From Mayamaea pseudoterrestris (Eukaryota), in contig BROI01000001.1 in assembly GCA_027923505.1 (NCBI GenBank), positions 1,240,001-1,304,000 of the forward strand: 64,000 nt of DNA, in the 5' to 3' direction. The position numbers and the translations under genes are program-made. This document shows, in pieces, positions 37,415-49,867 of this stretch (within the stretch, counting starts at the first letter, position 1; each line of letters starts with the position of its first letter). The notes beneath the pieces were generated by a model that made no database searches, was not told the DNA's origin, and saw nothing but the letters and a program-made list of their open reading frames with translations.

Positions 37415-37903
37415 CGATTGTTTCTGGCAGTCTCACGCCGGAAGTGCAACAGCGAGAAGCATGTTTTTCCTGAATAGAGGACGCACATCAGCATTAGAGG
37501 CCGACAATGCTGTCAACTGGACAATACAGTAGTATAATAGGTACTCCTATCGTAGCATTGACTAACAAACTTCTGGTGCTGGGCAAGTAGTTAAGCCTCC
37601 TTGCCCGACTCCGATCTGGACGTAATGACGCACTTTATTAAGCCTCCATGTATCAAAGACATGGTTCGTTTTCCGATAAAGCCTCATTGGGCATAAGTAA
37701 AGGTCGATGGCAATACTTTTGATACGAAGATACGCCGATGGCGTCACTTGTCAGTCATTTTCCTTTACAAGAGTCATTTTCGATCGCCACGAACAACGCG
37801 ATCAATCGTCCCCTCCATTCTTCGCGTCAGATCCTGATCCCTCCGATTTGCGACAAGCGTATAAACTACAACTACTACCTCACCTGTCAGCAGACGATCC
37901 ATC

Positions 37904-40320
37904 ATGGGACGCATCACTCTTTACTCGGCAGACAATTTGCACTCGGAGCAAGCGAAGAAGGCTCTCGAAACTCGCAATCTGCCGTACTTGGAAATCAATC
38001 TCCAGCGCTACCCTCAAAAGAAGAAGGATCTTGTCACGCTCGCTGGCACGTTGGCAGTTCCACAAGCCTTTTTCAACACTCGTCTCGTCGGTGACTTGAA
38101 GAGTCTCATGCAGGAACTCAAGGGATGGGACACTTCCACGAAATACAAGTCGCCGCGGGCTCGCTACGACCGAGAGATTGCCAAGTTTCCCGATCCAATG
38201 AGTCAAAACTTTTTGAAACCAGACACGGACGCCATATTAGCCAAGGAACTTCCGGTGCGCATGCCGGCGTCGCCAGTGAAACTGCCGGATGGAACGACCA
38301 CGACTGTACGTTTCGAGCATGATAAAGTTTCTCTTGCGCGTGATTTACTTGATGGTTCGAAGCTGTAGATTCACTGGCATGCTGATGATGATTCATTCAC
38401 TCAATCACTTATTGCATATTGCTCAACTTCCATTTTACAGGTCAATGACATTACGATGAAGCTTTACAACTCCTTGCCGCGGTTCGATGCGACGATTGCT
38501 CGAACCACCTACGCCAACTGCTTCTCCGGCGAGGACTTGCGCTCGGCCTTTGAGGATAGTGTACGTTTATACACGACGTGAAGCATCGACTTTGGCTTGG
38601 TTGTCACATTCTGACTCATCTTATACATACTTGTCTCGTTTCATTATATATGACATACAGATGGCGCTGTCGGAAAAGGATGCCGACGAGTTTTGCAACT
38701 ATTTGGTGGACGCTCGCATCATGCACCACTTGGGAAGCCGACGCAAGTTTGCCGGTCGGGCCAGTCACATTTATCGGCTGCAGTGCCTAATGGCGCCAGA
38801 CGTGCTCAACACCTACTGCTTTTGGTCGGCGCCCGTCAACAAGGACGTTGTCAGCGTCGTGGAAGTCTTGATGAGGGCGCTGGCCAAGTTGGAACGTGAC
38901 GCCTTAGTGCTCAACAATTACAGCGGCAAGGTTGACTATGGCAAAATAAAGTCCAACATTCTCTACAATCCCTTCCAGGAAGCCGTTTGTGAGTTGCAGG
39001 AGTCATCCTTGCAAGGACTGGCGCCAAAGGCACGATTGGCCACGTGCTTGAACATTTTCAACATGATGTTGCGGTTTGCCTTTATTCGAGCCGGCTTTCC
39101 AACGGCGGAAGATGTTCCCGTCTTTCTCAGCTCGATCAAGTTCAAAATTCAGGGGCATGTGTTTACGCTGCAGGAGTGGGTCGACGGCGTGTTGCGAGGC
39201 AATCGCAAGTCGGGGCTGTCCACCAAGCTGCCGTTTGCGGCCAAGGATCCACGCAAGGACTTGGCGTTTGACGAGTTTGACAATCGCGTACACTTTGCAC
39301 TCAGCTGTGGGTTTGGCTTTGGATCCAAGACGTCGTTGCCGTTTGATATGTACACCGGCGACAACATTAACGAGCAGCTCGAGTAAGTGGGTGTGAACTG
39401 AGTGAATATATAATGGTAATCGTTTGTCATTTTTGCTAATAACGCTGCAACCTATTCTTGATTGCAGTATTGCCGCCCAAATCTTTGCCGATGACAACCA
39501 CAACATTCTCGTCCGCGACGGAGCCGTTTACGTGCACAGCCTCTTTGACTGGTATCGGACGGACTATCCGACACAGGACAAGGATTTGCTGGCGCAACTT
39601 ACCGGTTTAATGTCCTCTCGAAAGCGGGCGGAGACTCAACATGCTGCATCGACCACGGGCGTCGTCAAGCTCCAGTACATGAAGCCAAATTGGACAGAGA
39701 ATGCACAGAACTTTGATCAGTTTGACAAGAAGGCCATCCTCGGTGATATTAGCGGGTTCCGAGCTGTTCTTCGTCGCTTTAAAGCTCCTCGGTACCCTTC
39801 TATGGAGGCACAGCGCTTGGACGCGCTCGAGAAGCTCAACGTCCTTGATACTATTGCAGAGGAACGTTTCGACCGAATTACGAGCATGGTACAGCGCGAA
39901 TTCGACCTTCCCATTGTCCTTGTGAGTCTCGTTGACGAAGAGCGACAGTGGTTCAAGTCGGCGCAGTGGAAATGTGATCTTCCCAAGCCAAGCGAAACTG
40001 GTCGTGACATTTCGTTCTGCGGACATGCGATTCTAGGCAAGCGCGATGAAATTTTTGTCATTCCGGACGCGACCAAGGACGAGCGTTTTGCTGACAATCC
40101 ACTAGTGACGGGGGACCTCAACTTGCGCTTTTATGCAGGCGTGCCACTCGACGTGCCAACGAGCGCCGCACCGGAAGGCTACGCAAATATTGGCACCTTG
40201 TGCATCATTGATCAAAAGCCGCGAGTCATGACTGACGAGCAACTCACGAAGCTTCTTGAATTCGCGCAACTGGTGAAGTCCGAGTTGGTGCGACGAGGCG
40301 TAACCGAGATTGATGGATAA
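37904..40320 (+). CDS. Glutaredoxin-like + DEP + DUF547 + GAF protein, copy 1 (exons 37904-38305, 38441-38560, 38661-39382, 39468-40320)
   Basis: Grx fold GRITLYS...YLEINL...VPQAFFN; DEP YANCFSGEDL...IMHHL...YRLQ; DUF547 VDY...LNIFN...GVLRGNR...DPR...RVHFALSCG; GAF EAQRLDAL...EERFDRIT...RQWFKS...SFCGHAI...RFADNPLV...RFYAGVPL...IGTLCIID.KPR. Confidence 0.88.
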
Positions 40321-40479
40321 GTGACTGGCATAAGACAATGGTCAGTTATATGATACCGTAGATGGAAAGCCTGTCATTAAATCAAACATTTAGTAGTTAC
40401 TTGCAGTGCATTTGCATACCAACCATTGGTCGGCACGCTTGTCGGACCTCTTTGTCAAACAATTTCTGACAGCAATAAG

Positions 40480-40771
40480 GCCTTCAGAGCGCCGCTTGAA
40501 GGGTCATCTGCCTAGAAGGTGTAATTGGTGCACCAGTGGAGCATCCAATGAGCACCTGCATGGTCTCAGTTATGGCAAGAAAGAAATTCCTTGTGAGCGC
40601 CAGTTGAAGGGCCATCTGCCTAGAAGGCGCCACTGGTGCACCAAAAGAGCATCCTATGAGCACCTGCATGGCCAAACCTTGTCCCATATGTTCATTTGGT
40701 GTGGTGAAATCCGTCCATGGCATCCAAGTAGCTCAATGAGGGCAAGAAGGAAACGCCTTCTGAGCCCCAGT
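40480..40771. repeat. Satellite D array, left part (split by a transposon)
   Basis: GAAGGG.CATCTGCCTAGAAGG..CACTGGTGCACCA...GAGCACCTGCATGG units. Confidence 0.88.
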
Positions 40772-42189
40772 GGAGCTGCGGGATTCTAATAGAAATCGAC
40801 TCTCAATTGAATGACTGCTAATACAGTCCTATATGGAGCTATATTTTAGTAACCTGCCTTGCTATGTTTGAGTCCTGCATATACGAAGAGCAGCAAGCCT
40901 TCCTTGCTCTGCTCGCCGACGACAGACGACAGACGACAGTCGCTATGGCAGCACTACGAGTAGGATACATATTCATGTCTACAAGTCCGGATCAATTTCA
41001 CCTTCCAAAGGCAGTGGTCAGGGTCACGGTAATCCATACAGCATCAAGGGACGCCGTAAATTACCTGCTTGAGCGCTCGATCCCCATGGTGGTTCCTTTG
41101 TTCCTTTCTTCCATCGCGCAACGTGGAATGATGCACACTTGACACCCACCAATGAAAAGACGTATCTATATAAGCCTTCCAACGCAAGATATGAAAAAGG
41201 CATATATGTTGTGTACCGGTTCGGATAAATTATATATGCCTGAAAAATGTACGAATTATGCCCGAATTATGTACGAGTTTTTCCGACAAAATTCGTATAT
41301 ACGAATAATTCGAACAAAGTTTGCCACGGGATCTCTCCACCGGTACTGGCTCCGAGGCTATGCTATTATATCATCTCAAAGAGATGAATGTGCTCTATCT
41401 AGGGTTTAAATTTGGTAGCAAAACGCGCATCCTTTATAGAGATATTGATGTTCAAAGAATGTACGAATTGGAGTTTTGGAATCAAACACACATTCTTTGA
41501 GTCGTCATATCTCTATGTCGGTAGTGAATGAGAGAAAACCCCCCTACAGATTTATAGCGCTTGTCTTCCTCTATCAGCCTATATACTTGGTTTGGTCCCG
41601 CGACGTACCATTATGGAGATAGAAGGGCTCAAAGTTGGCACAAATCGCCTTGGATGCATTTTTCGTACATATTTACTATATACGAAAAGTGTACGATTTA
41701 TTCGGACAAATATCGTACACTTTTCGCACATTAAAAGTTTATCCGAAACGGTTTTTTGTTTACTTAACGGCAGCTTCGCATTCGTTCTGTTCGATGATCA
41801 CTGTGGATGAATGTGTAGGATTCGTGACCCGACGACAAGAGGCTGACAATGGTTTGACCATGGTGATCAACGAGCGCTTGGGGAAGGCAAGGGACGCAAG
41901 GATTGTCTTGTTTGCTCGCAAGCGTGACGGCTATCTTAAGTACGACTACAGGTAGGTTATTTTTTTGTGTTTGCTGTGAAGCAATGGCGGATCCAGTTGG
42001 TATGGCGGGCAGTACTGATGGGACGCCAAATGTGATGCACAACGGTGTGTCGGTCGCTTCTTGATGAATGGAGAAGATGATGCGACAATGACGAAGTAGA
42101 TGGAGAATAAGAGAGTTGAGTGTAATGGAATATAAAGAAAGGTTGTTGTTTCATGTTGAGTTCATTTTCTGTTCGTTTCCCGCAGCTCC
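40772..42189. mobile_element. 1418-bp non-autonomous TIR DNA transposon (PIF/Harbinger-like by ends and 3-bp TSD)
   Basis: Perfect 12-bp TIR GGAGCTGCGGGA...TCCCGCAGCTCC, imperfect to ~40 bp; AGT duplicated on both flanks; the paralogous D array at ~57870 reads GCGCCAGTTGAAGG with no insertion. Confidence 0.88.
41215..41752. mobile_element. Nested ~540-bp MITE-like element with long imperfect inverted termini
   Basis: Left end ACCGGTTCGGATAAA...GAAAAATGTACGA...CCGAAT matches the reverse complement of the right end ACCGTTTCGGATAAA...GAAAAGTGTACGA...CCGAAT; AT-rich; no clear TSD. Confidence 0.62.
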
Positions 42190-42915
42190 AGTTGAAGGGG
42201 CATCTGCCTAGAAGGCGCCACTGGTTCACCAATGGAGCATCCGATGAGCACCTGCATAGCCAAACCCTTGTCCCATATGTTCATTTGGTGTGGTGAAACC
42301 CCTCCATGGCATCCAAGTAGCTCAGTGACGGCGAGAAGGAAAATCCTTCTGAGCGCCAGTTAAGGGGCCAACTGCCTAGAATGCGCCACTGGTGCACCAA
42401 AAGAGCATCCAATGAGCACCTGCATGGCCAAACTCTTGTCCCATATGTGCATTTGGTGTGGTGAAACCCGCTCCATGGTATCCAAGTAGCTCAGTGATGG
42501 CGAGAAGGGAAATCCTTCTGAGCACCAATTGAAGGGTCATCTGCCTAGAAGGCGCCACTGGTGCACCAATGGAGCATCCAATGAGCTTGTCCTGTATGTT
42601 CATTTGGTGTGGTGAAACCCCTACATGGCATCCAAGTAGCTCAGAGACGGCGAGAAGGAAAATCCTTCTGAGCGCCACTTGAAGGGACATCTGCCTAGAA
42701 GGCGCCAATGGTGCACCAATGGAGCATCCAATGAGCATCTGCATGGCCAAACCATTGTCCCATTTGTTCATTTGGCATGGTGAAATCCCTCCATGGCATC
42801 CAAGTGGCTCAGTGACGGCGAGAAGGAAAATCCTTCTGAGCGCCACTGGTGCACCAATGGAGCATCCAATGAGCTCCTGCATGGCCAAACCCATGTCCCA
42901 TATGGTGAAACCCCT
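42190..42915. repeat. Satellite D array, right part (~169-bp monomers, some deleted)
   Basis: CCTAG at 42207, 42375, 42544 and 42694. Confidence 0.92.
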
Positions 42916-43884
42916 TAATTTGCCCAAACAAATGAAATTATGTTGCCATCTTAAGATGAGTGGACAAACTTTTGCTAGTGGTGGCAGCGAATCATAGTCA
43001 CACTGGATTGGTGACCGACTTGTGATGTTCAGTAATGTGTAGAAACTTCAACTATTCTGTTACTATTGACAAGTCCATAGCCATTCTATATTTCATTATT
43101 GTCTTTGTTGAATAGCTGCGGTAGGCCTGACAAGCACCAACTGCCTTGCTGCCTTGATGCTTTGCTGCCTTGCTGAATGCCTCTTGCCTTCCATGACGCG
43201 CCGCACAGAACCAAAGCTCGTATTATGGCGTCACCGAATACTTGATGACATTATCATGTCTAATTTAGAGCTGAAATGGATCAGTTGTGAAAGACAATGA
43301 TAATGATGATTGGTTGCACTTGTAACAGCTGATATGTGACGGGTGACGGATGACGGACCGACAATGAAAGAAAACGCTGCCTCTGGTCCAACAAAGTCAC
43401 TGGAAACAAAGTCAAAGTCTTTGTCAACCATTATATTTTTGTTGTGATGCATCAGATTATGGATTATGAAAGCTTCTACAGGCTTTGTAGCCGACGTTGC
43501 GAAAGGACGATTCCATTTCCCATGGCCTCGTCTCTCGTCAAGTTCGACGATGTGACGAAAAGTCGTATCGGTACTACGCAGTCGCAACGGCTATGAAGTT
43601 CCACGATTGACTGAATCAGTCGGGCGCCGAAGAGGAAAGAGTCGGCTGGTTTCTTTGTCATAATCGAGCCGCACGACATCTTAGTAGTGAGCTGGCCGTC
43701 CAATCGAACGACGACGATAACGAGCTATGCGTATGAATAAGGCGGCGAATCTTGGTATCAATTGTTCCAAGGAGTTCGTATAGCGACTGACTTCGAACTC
43801 GGAAGTCGCATGCCGGACGAGGTTTTGCACAGTCTCATTTTTTCGAAGAATTGGATCTAAAAATACACAAATCTTTTGATCGTC

Positions 43885-45069
43885 ATGAAGTTTCTCGCTG
43901 CCTTTCTTGCTACCCTAGCCGTCAGCCAGGCTGCCGAGTCGACCGTTCGCGGCAACGCCGCTCGCAAACTGCAGCAAAGTAACTGCTCCACCTTTGAGGA
44001 GGCCATTTGCAGCACCGAGGGCTTTGCGGCCATTTGCCTCGCCGTTTCGATTGCCGGGGTCGGAAGCGACTTGAACAAGGGAAACGTTACCGTCTTTGCG
44101 CCGACGAATGAAGCCATTCGACAACTTGCGTTGAACCTTCCGCCGCAAGCCTTGAGCGACATTGACTTGGTCAAGAGCGTCTTGATGTACCACACAGTGC
44201 TGGACGAAACACTCTTCTCCAAGGATATTGAATGCGGATCGACATTGACCATGGCGAATGCACAAGAGACGGATGTCGTCTGCCAGGGCAGCAACATTTT
44301 CATCGAAGGTGAAGGCAATTCCGATAGCGACATGCCAAAGGTTGTGGAAACCGACATTGAGTTTTGCAACGGCGTCATTCACCGCATCGACGGAGTCCTT
44401 CTTCCCGAAATGATGGACGGCGCCATGACGCAAGAGCCGGCGCCTTCCACTGGTGGAGCCATGGACTCGCCCACCATGATGCCGTCCATGATGGAGTCAA
44501 TGACAAGTGCACCGACAATGATGCCGTCCAAAATGGAATCGAGTCCGGACAGTTCCATGAACATGCCCCCATCCATGATGCCGTCCATGATGGAGTCAAG
44601 TCCAAGCGCCATGTCATCGCCAACCGCCAACGGCGAGTGCTCCAGCATTGAGGATCTTGCGTGTAGCTCGGATGGATTCAAGACTCTTTGCAAACTGGTC
44701 AAGGCAGCTGGCTTGGGCGACGCTTCGCCAGGAGCCTCGGGCAAGTTTACCGTCTTTGCGCCAAACGACAAGGCCTTTGCCGCCGTGCCGGACGCGACCC
44801 TTGACAGTTTGATGCAGGACAATGATGCCTTGCAAAACGTCTTGCTATACCATGTGGTCGTCGACGAAACCTTGTACGCCAAGGATTTGGAATGCTCCGA
44901 GACGGTGGAAATGGCCAACGGAGACGATACGCGCACTGTCTGTCGCGGCGACGCCATTTACCAAAAGGGATCTGGCAACACGGACGACAACATGCCCATG
45001 GTTGTCACGGCGGACATGAAGGCCTGCGACGGTGTCATTCATGAAATTGACATGGTCTTGCTTCCTTAA
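43885..45069 (+). CDS. Secreted double-fasciclin (FAS1) protein, copy 1
   Basis: Signal peptide, RKL, two FAS1 domains (TVFAPTNEA...LMYH...NGVIHRIDGVLLP; TVFAPNDKAF...LLYH...DGVIHEIDMVLLP) with an M/P/S-rich linker. Confidence 0.93.
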   Translation: MKFLAAFLATLAVSQAAESTVRGNAARKLQQSNCSTFEEAICSTEGFAAICLAVSIAGVGSDLNKGNVTVFAPTNEAIRQLALNLPPQALSDIDLVKSVLMYHTVLDETLFSKDIECGSTLTMANAQETDVVCQGSNIFIEGEGNSDSDMPKVVETDIEFCNGVIHRIDGVLLPEMMDGAMTQEPAPSTGGAMDSPTMMPSMMESMTSAPTMMPSKMESSPDSSMNMPPSMMPSMMESSPSAMSSPTANGECSSIEDLACSSDGFKTLCKLVKAAGLGDASPGASGKFTVFAPNDKAFAAVPDATLDSLMQDNDALQNVLLYHVVVDETLYAKDLECSETVEMANGDDTRTVCRGDAIYQKGSGNTDDNMPMVVTADMKACDGVIHEIDMVLLP

Positions 45070-46369
45070 ACGATTGTAATCATGCATCTAATAAAGTTGT
45101 TGTAGAGTTAGTAACTGAACATATACTAAGCCAAGTAAATATATATACAATAAGACGCGCTCGTTTGCTTGCCAATCTAGTGTCTTGACAGCGATCGAAA
45201 ATCGAAAACCACCGCAAGCGCGAGTGCTAAATAGATCATTAGAATGGAAATCTACTCGCACGACGCACACCTGATTAATGACAAATCAAGCTACGTAAAG
45301 GATTGGCACTCAGGGATAGCACTGGCGCAGTGGCGAAAAAGACGTGGACGGATCGGGAATCGCAAAATCAAGGCCACAAGATGAGCTGCAACGGTACCAG
45401 GAGGTTACACGAACAAGCCGTTCGCCAAATCGAAAGATTCTGCATGCGAAGGCTACCGAAAGCAAGCTTCCTTGACTCAGTGGTAGTCCATTGCAATAAA
45501 AAAAGATCAAGAACAAGCTGCGAATGCGTATATGCTATGGATCATGCGATTCGCATCGCCGTCGATGTGAGGTGCGCCATGAGCCGACTGGTAAAACAGC
45601 TGACCCGCCCGGCGCAATGAGTCGTATCGGTAATCCCGAGCTATGAGCCCGCCTACTAACCTTTGTCAGCAATGCGCGATTGGCACTTCTAAGATATCTT
45701 CATCGTTGTCACTGCAAAGGTTCAGCTATGCTATAACTGTGTAATGGAAATACGAGTAGGTAGACATTGTCTCTTCCGTCACGTGAACTACCGGTGGCGC
45801 TTGTTATAGTTGCATGGTCGCGATCATCGGAGAAACTATTGTGCGAACGGTTGCGTCTCGGAGAAACTGATATTTGCGTCAGTCGACGTTGTCAAACGTC
45901 AAAGGGCAATACAAATCGTTAGATAGGCTGTCTTGGTTCACGCCTATCAATTCCGCTGGCGTCAGATCATGCAAGGGCCATAGCAACTACGAACACCAAC
46001 GACGATTGTATGGCTGCGGATGGATCTTGCGTCAAGCTTGGCGGGTTTACTCCAAGGACCAGCTGGATTCTCTTGTCAAAATGCCGGAAGCACGCGCGTC
46101 AAAGTGTAGGGCTATAATATTGCTTGTTAAGTAGATATAAGATCACGTCAAGGTTACATGACGGTAGCACATATATTGAAGTTGAAAACGATTGACACTT
46201 TGCCATCAGTACAGCCCGTACAAAAAGAGGTCAGCCGTTCTCCACATGCGGTCAATCGTCGCGGCCCTAGAATTTAAAGAGTCCAACTGAATCGAATCGA
46301 AACTTACTCATCTCAAACCAGCCGCCGCCACTGATATTAGAGAGAGTAGTGAAGTGCAACTACCTGACC

Positions 46370-48453
46370 ATGGCATCTCCATCGACGGCGGCAGTCATCA
46401 ATGAGAGTGACGTTAATTCGCATGACGACAATAATGATAATAGACGCAGTCGCGAACAAGTACCGGAGGACGAGGAGGAAACTGCTCGTGCGAAGCGTCA
46501 ACGTCGACTCGACCTGTCGGGCAGTGAGGACGACGAGCAAGGACAAGATGTTTTGAAAGCAGGAGCAGAAGCAGGAAACGATGACGATAATAATAGTAAA
46601 GGCGACGATGATGATGATGATGATGAGGAGGAGGCCGAAAATACAAACAATAATGACAGCAGCAACCACAACAATCACTCCTCGTCAACGTCTGCCACCA
46701 ATTTAGGTGATGCCAGCCTGATTGCTCCGTACGGATTGCAGCCGACCAATCCTACGACGGCTAATGCTGCTTTCGGTACTGGTACTGCTGTGTCTACCGA
46801 TGATCAAGGTTAGTCAAGAGTATTGCGCGAAATGTGTCAAGATTTTGTAGCTGATTCGGTCATTTTAAATTTATTGATGTGATGTCATCGCTCTCACCGC
46901 ATCTCCTCTCTCCTCCATCTCTTTTGCCTACTACGATACATTTACACAGCAGCTGCTCTCTCGGCCCTCATTCGCAACCAGTTAAGTCCGACAGCATTGA
47001 TGGGAAATAACCCAAACGGAAGCGCTGGACTACTCATGGCGCAAATGGAGCTGCAGCGTCTGGCGCAGCAGCAGCAATTCACCGGCATTGTACCTCCGCA
47101 GCAGCAGCAGCCAATCTTGCAGCCGCAGTCTCTACCGAATTCTCAGCAGCAGCAGCAGCAGCAGCCAGCCGCTGGTAACAATGGCGGCGTTGGAGGTAGC
47201 AGCAGCAACAACAACAATAATTTGAATAGCAACAGCACCATGCAGCAGCTCATTATGAATGCGCAATTGCTTCAACAGCAGCAACATCAGTTGAACGTCT
47301 TGTCGGCGTTGCAGGGACGCGGCGGTCTCGTCGTCAATCCGCAATTGCAGCAGCAGCAACAAATGCAACAGCTTCAACAGTTGCAGCAGCAGCCGCAGCA
47401 AATGCTCCACGGATTTGCCTTTCAGCAAATGCTGCAGCAGCAAAACCAGTACAGCAGTCTCATGGCGCTGGCGGCGGCGCAGCAACGTAACGGCGGAAGC
47501 AACGCGGCAGCAGCTGGTTTTGGCGTTGGAAATAGTAACAACAATAACGGTATTCCCATGCAGCATCATCACCACCCGCCACTTGGCATGGCCGCGCAGT
47601 CACACAACCAAGCCAGCATGGCAGCCTTGTATGCACCATCGGCTTCCCTCGGACCATCGGCAAACTCGACGCGTCACATTGCTCCCATTACCATTGCCAA
47701 CCATCCCACGGGACAGGGAGCGGCACTGCCAACGTTACTCGCGCAGCCCGATGACAATTTGAAACTCAGTAGCCAGCAAGTCTTTTTGCGTCACCAGATT
47801 GAAGCCTTTCGGGCCTGCGAGGATGACATTTTGACGCACACGCGCGGCCGCAACAAGCCCGTGGCGATTGGACAGGTGGGCATTCGCTGTCGGTTCTGCA
47901 GTCACCTGCAGGTGGCGCGGCGCCAAAAGGGATCCACCTACTTTCCGGCGAGTTTGAACGGATTGTATCAGGCGGCGCAGAATATGGTGAGTAACAAAAA
48001 AGTCGTGACTGTATAGCATTGTTGAAGGAGAATGTGCGCTCGCAAATACTTTGTGTGTGTTCGACGCTCTCTCATCATTTCGACACTATCGCTACTACTA
48101 TTTATTCACAGAACACGTCGCACATGTCATCTGGCATTTGCACCGAAATGCCCTTGGCGGTCAAGCAGGAGTTTCTTCGCTTGTCGACGACCAAGGAGCA
48201 GGCGTCGGCGGCGGGTCGACCGTACTGGGCCAACGCGGCGGCCGCCTTGGGATTGGTGGACACGGAGGATGGGATTCGCCACATTGACGACGTGCGAGCG
48301 CGCATCACTGCCATGGGTGGTAGTGTACCGGGAGTGAATGTACCAACACTAGCGGCGGCTGCAGTAAACGCTGGAAATGGTGCTGTTGGTGCAACCGCGA
48401 CGACTGGAAGCGTGAATGGCGCCGGAACGGATGCGTCGTCAACATCCATGTAA
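46370..48453 (+). CDS. Q-rich protein with C-terminal GQVGIRCxxC...YFP...YW domain, copy 1 (exons 46370-46808, 46950-47986, 48112-48453)
   Basis: Acidic N-terminus with a basic patch (RAKRQRR), polyQ middle, then LSSQQVFLRHQIEAF...RGRNKPVAIGQVGIRCRFC...STYFPASLNGLYQAAQNM|NTSHMSSGICTEMP...GRPYW. Introns are conserved in copy 2. Confidence 0.82.
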
Positions 48454-48871
48454 AAAGCAGTTTGTGGAGCACTTGAGTGAGGGGAATGTAAAACAGTGAC
48501 GAGGGATTGCATGTGTTGCATGTACGGTAATGTTACAATTGTTTGCACTGCTAAGATGCACGATGAGATTGGCATTGCTTGAGACATAGTGCACGAGCAA
48601 TGAGGTCGTAATAGTCTAGCAGTAAAAAGATCGATTCAGTCGTAGCATATTTCAGGGAGCTACATACCATATATGTACCTCGTAGTTACACCATTGTTGC
48701 AGTCGACAAGTAGATGGAGTAGCTTGCTGGCATAGCTATTACGTCGCAACGGCACTTACTCATCTTCGAAAGCCGCACGTTTCAACCATGACGGAACGAA
48801 ACGTTTGTCACAACATTACATTCATTGTAACCTGCAGCAAGTACATTTCATTCCACTTGCATTCAAAGCCA

Positions 48872-49867
48872 ATGTTCCGCAAGCCGAAACGAACCGCCAA
48901 GACGGCTCTTCGTCGCAAGGACGATGATGAGGACGTCAATGAAGCGACAAACGAATTCGCTTCAAGCAGAGGTCAAGACGACGACGACGATGGACCCGAT
49001 ACGACCGAGTTACTAGCCGAAGCCCGTCTGAATAGTAGCAGCAATAACAACAAGAAGCTCAAGTCGACTGCATCGTCATCCGCTTCAACGAGCGGAAGAA
49101 AGGTTCTCCATACCTTTGACTCAGCAGCACAAGCAGCAACTACTGCGAAGCCATCGGAAAAGGACTTGGCCGTCAGTACAACATCTCACCATTCTGTAGC
49201 TGCACTATCCAATCCCGCTCCCGAATCAGTTGGCTTTGGTCAAGACGGCGTCTTTCGCAATTCGACGCGCAACAAGTTCCACGCCGGTCCATTGAGGGCG
49301 GCCGCCAGCGTGCGCGTCACGGCCCGCTTCGACTATCAGCCGGACGTTTGCAAGGACTACAAGCAGACGGGGTTTTGCGGGTACGGCGATACCTGCATCT
49401 ACTTGCACGATCGGGGTGATTCACTGTCGGGGTGGCAGTTGGAGGAGCAGTGGCAGTTGCAGCAAAAAGCGAAACAGCAGCTGCAGCAACAGGAACTGGA
49501 TGACTACATGAAGCAGCAGCAGCGGAATAGTAAAACGAATACTACTACTCACAGCAGCGACTTACAACTTGACGATGGATTGCCCTTTGCCTGTCACTTG
49601 TGTCGAAGTGCCTTTGACGAACCGGTTGTTACCAATTGCGCACACTACTTTTGTCAGGCTTGCATTTTGAGACATGTTCGCGAAACCTCGGAAGCTTGTC
49701 CGATTTGCAGCAAGGATACGCATGGCGTGTTCAACGAGCCGACCAAGATGTTGGCGAAGAAGCGCAAGCTACTGGGTGCTCAAAAGGCAAAGGAGAATGG
49801 TTCATGGAAGGCCTTTTACCAGTTGTTTCATGCGGAGCAGGACGACGAGAACGACAATGACGAGTAG
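48872..49867 (+). CDS. CWC24: Spliceosomal CCCH + RING protein CWC24/RNF113
   Basis: RFDYQPDVCKDYKQTGFCGYGDTCIYLHDRGD and LPFACHLCR...VVTNCAHYFCQAC...CPIC...THGVFN. Confidence 0.93.
   Translation: MFRKPKRTAKTALRRKDDDEDVNEATNEFASSRGQDDDDDGPDTTELLAEARLNSSSNNNKKLKSTASSSASTSGRKVLHTFDSAAQAATTAKPSEKDLAVSTTSHHSVAALSNPAPESVGFGQDGVFRNSTRNKFHAGPLRAAASVRVTARFDYQPDVCKDYKQTGFCGYGDTCIYLHDRGDSLSGWQLEEQWQLQQKAKQQLQQQELDDYMKQQQRNSKTNTTTHSSDLQLDDGLPFACHLCRSAFDEPVVTNCAHYFCQACILRHVRETSEACPICSKDTHGVFNEPTKMLAKKRKLLGAQKAKENGSWKAFYQLFHAEQDDENDNDE

Larger units (their letters stand above)
37730..48660. repeat. Segmental duplication, copy 1 (pairs with 54831-63381)
   Basis: Similarity starts at ATACGCCGATGGCGTCAC (37730 vs 54831) and ends near CAGGGAGCTA (~48660 vs ~63381); the same three genes occur in the same order. 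Confidence 0.95.
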
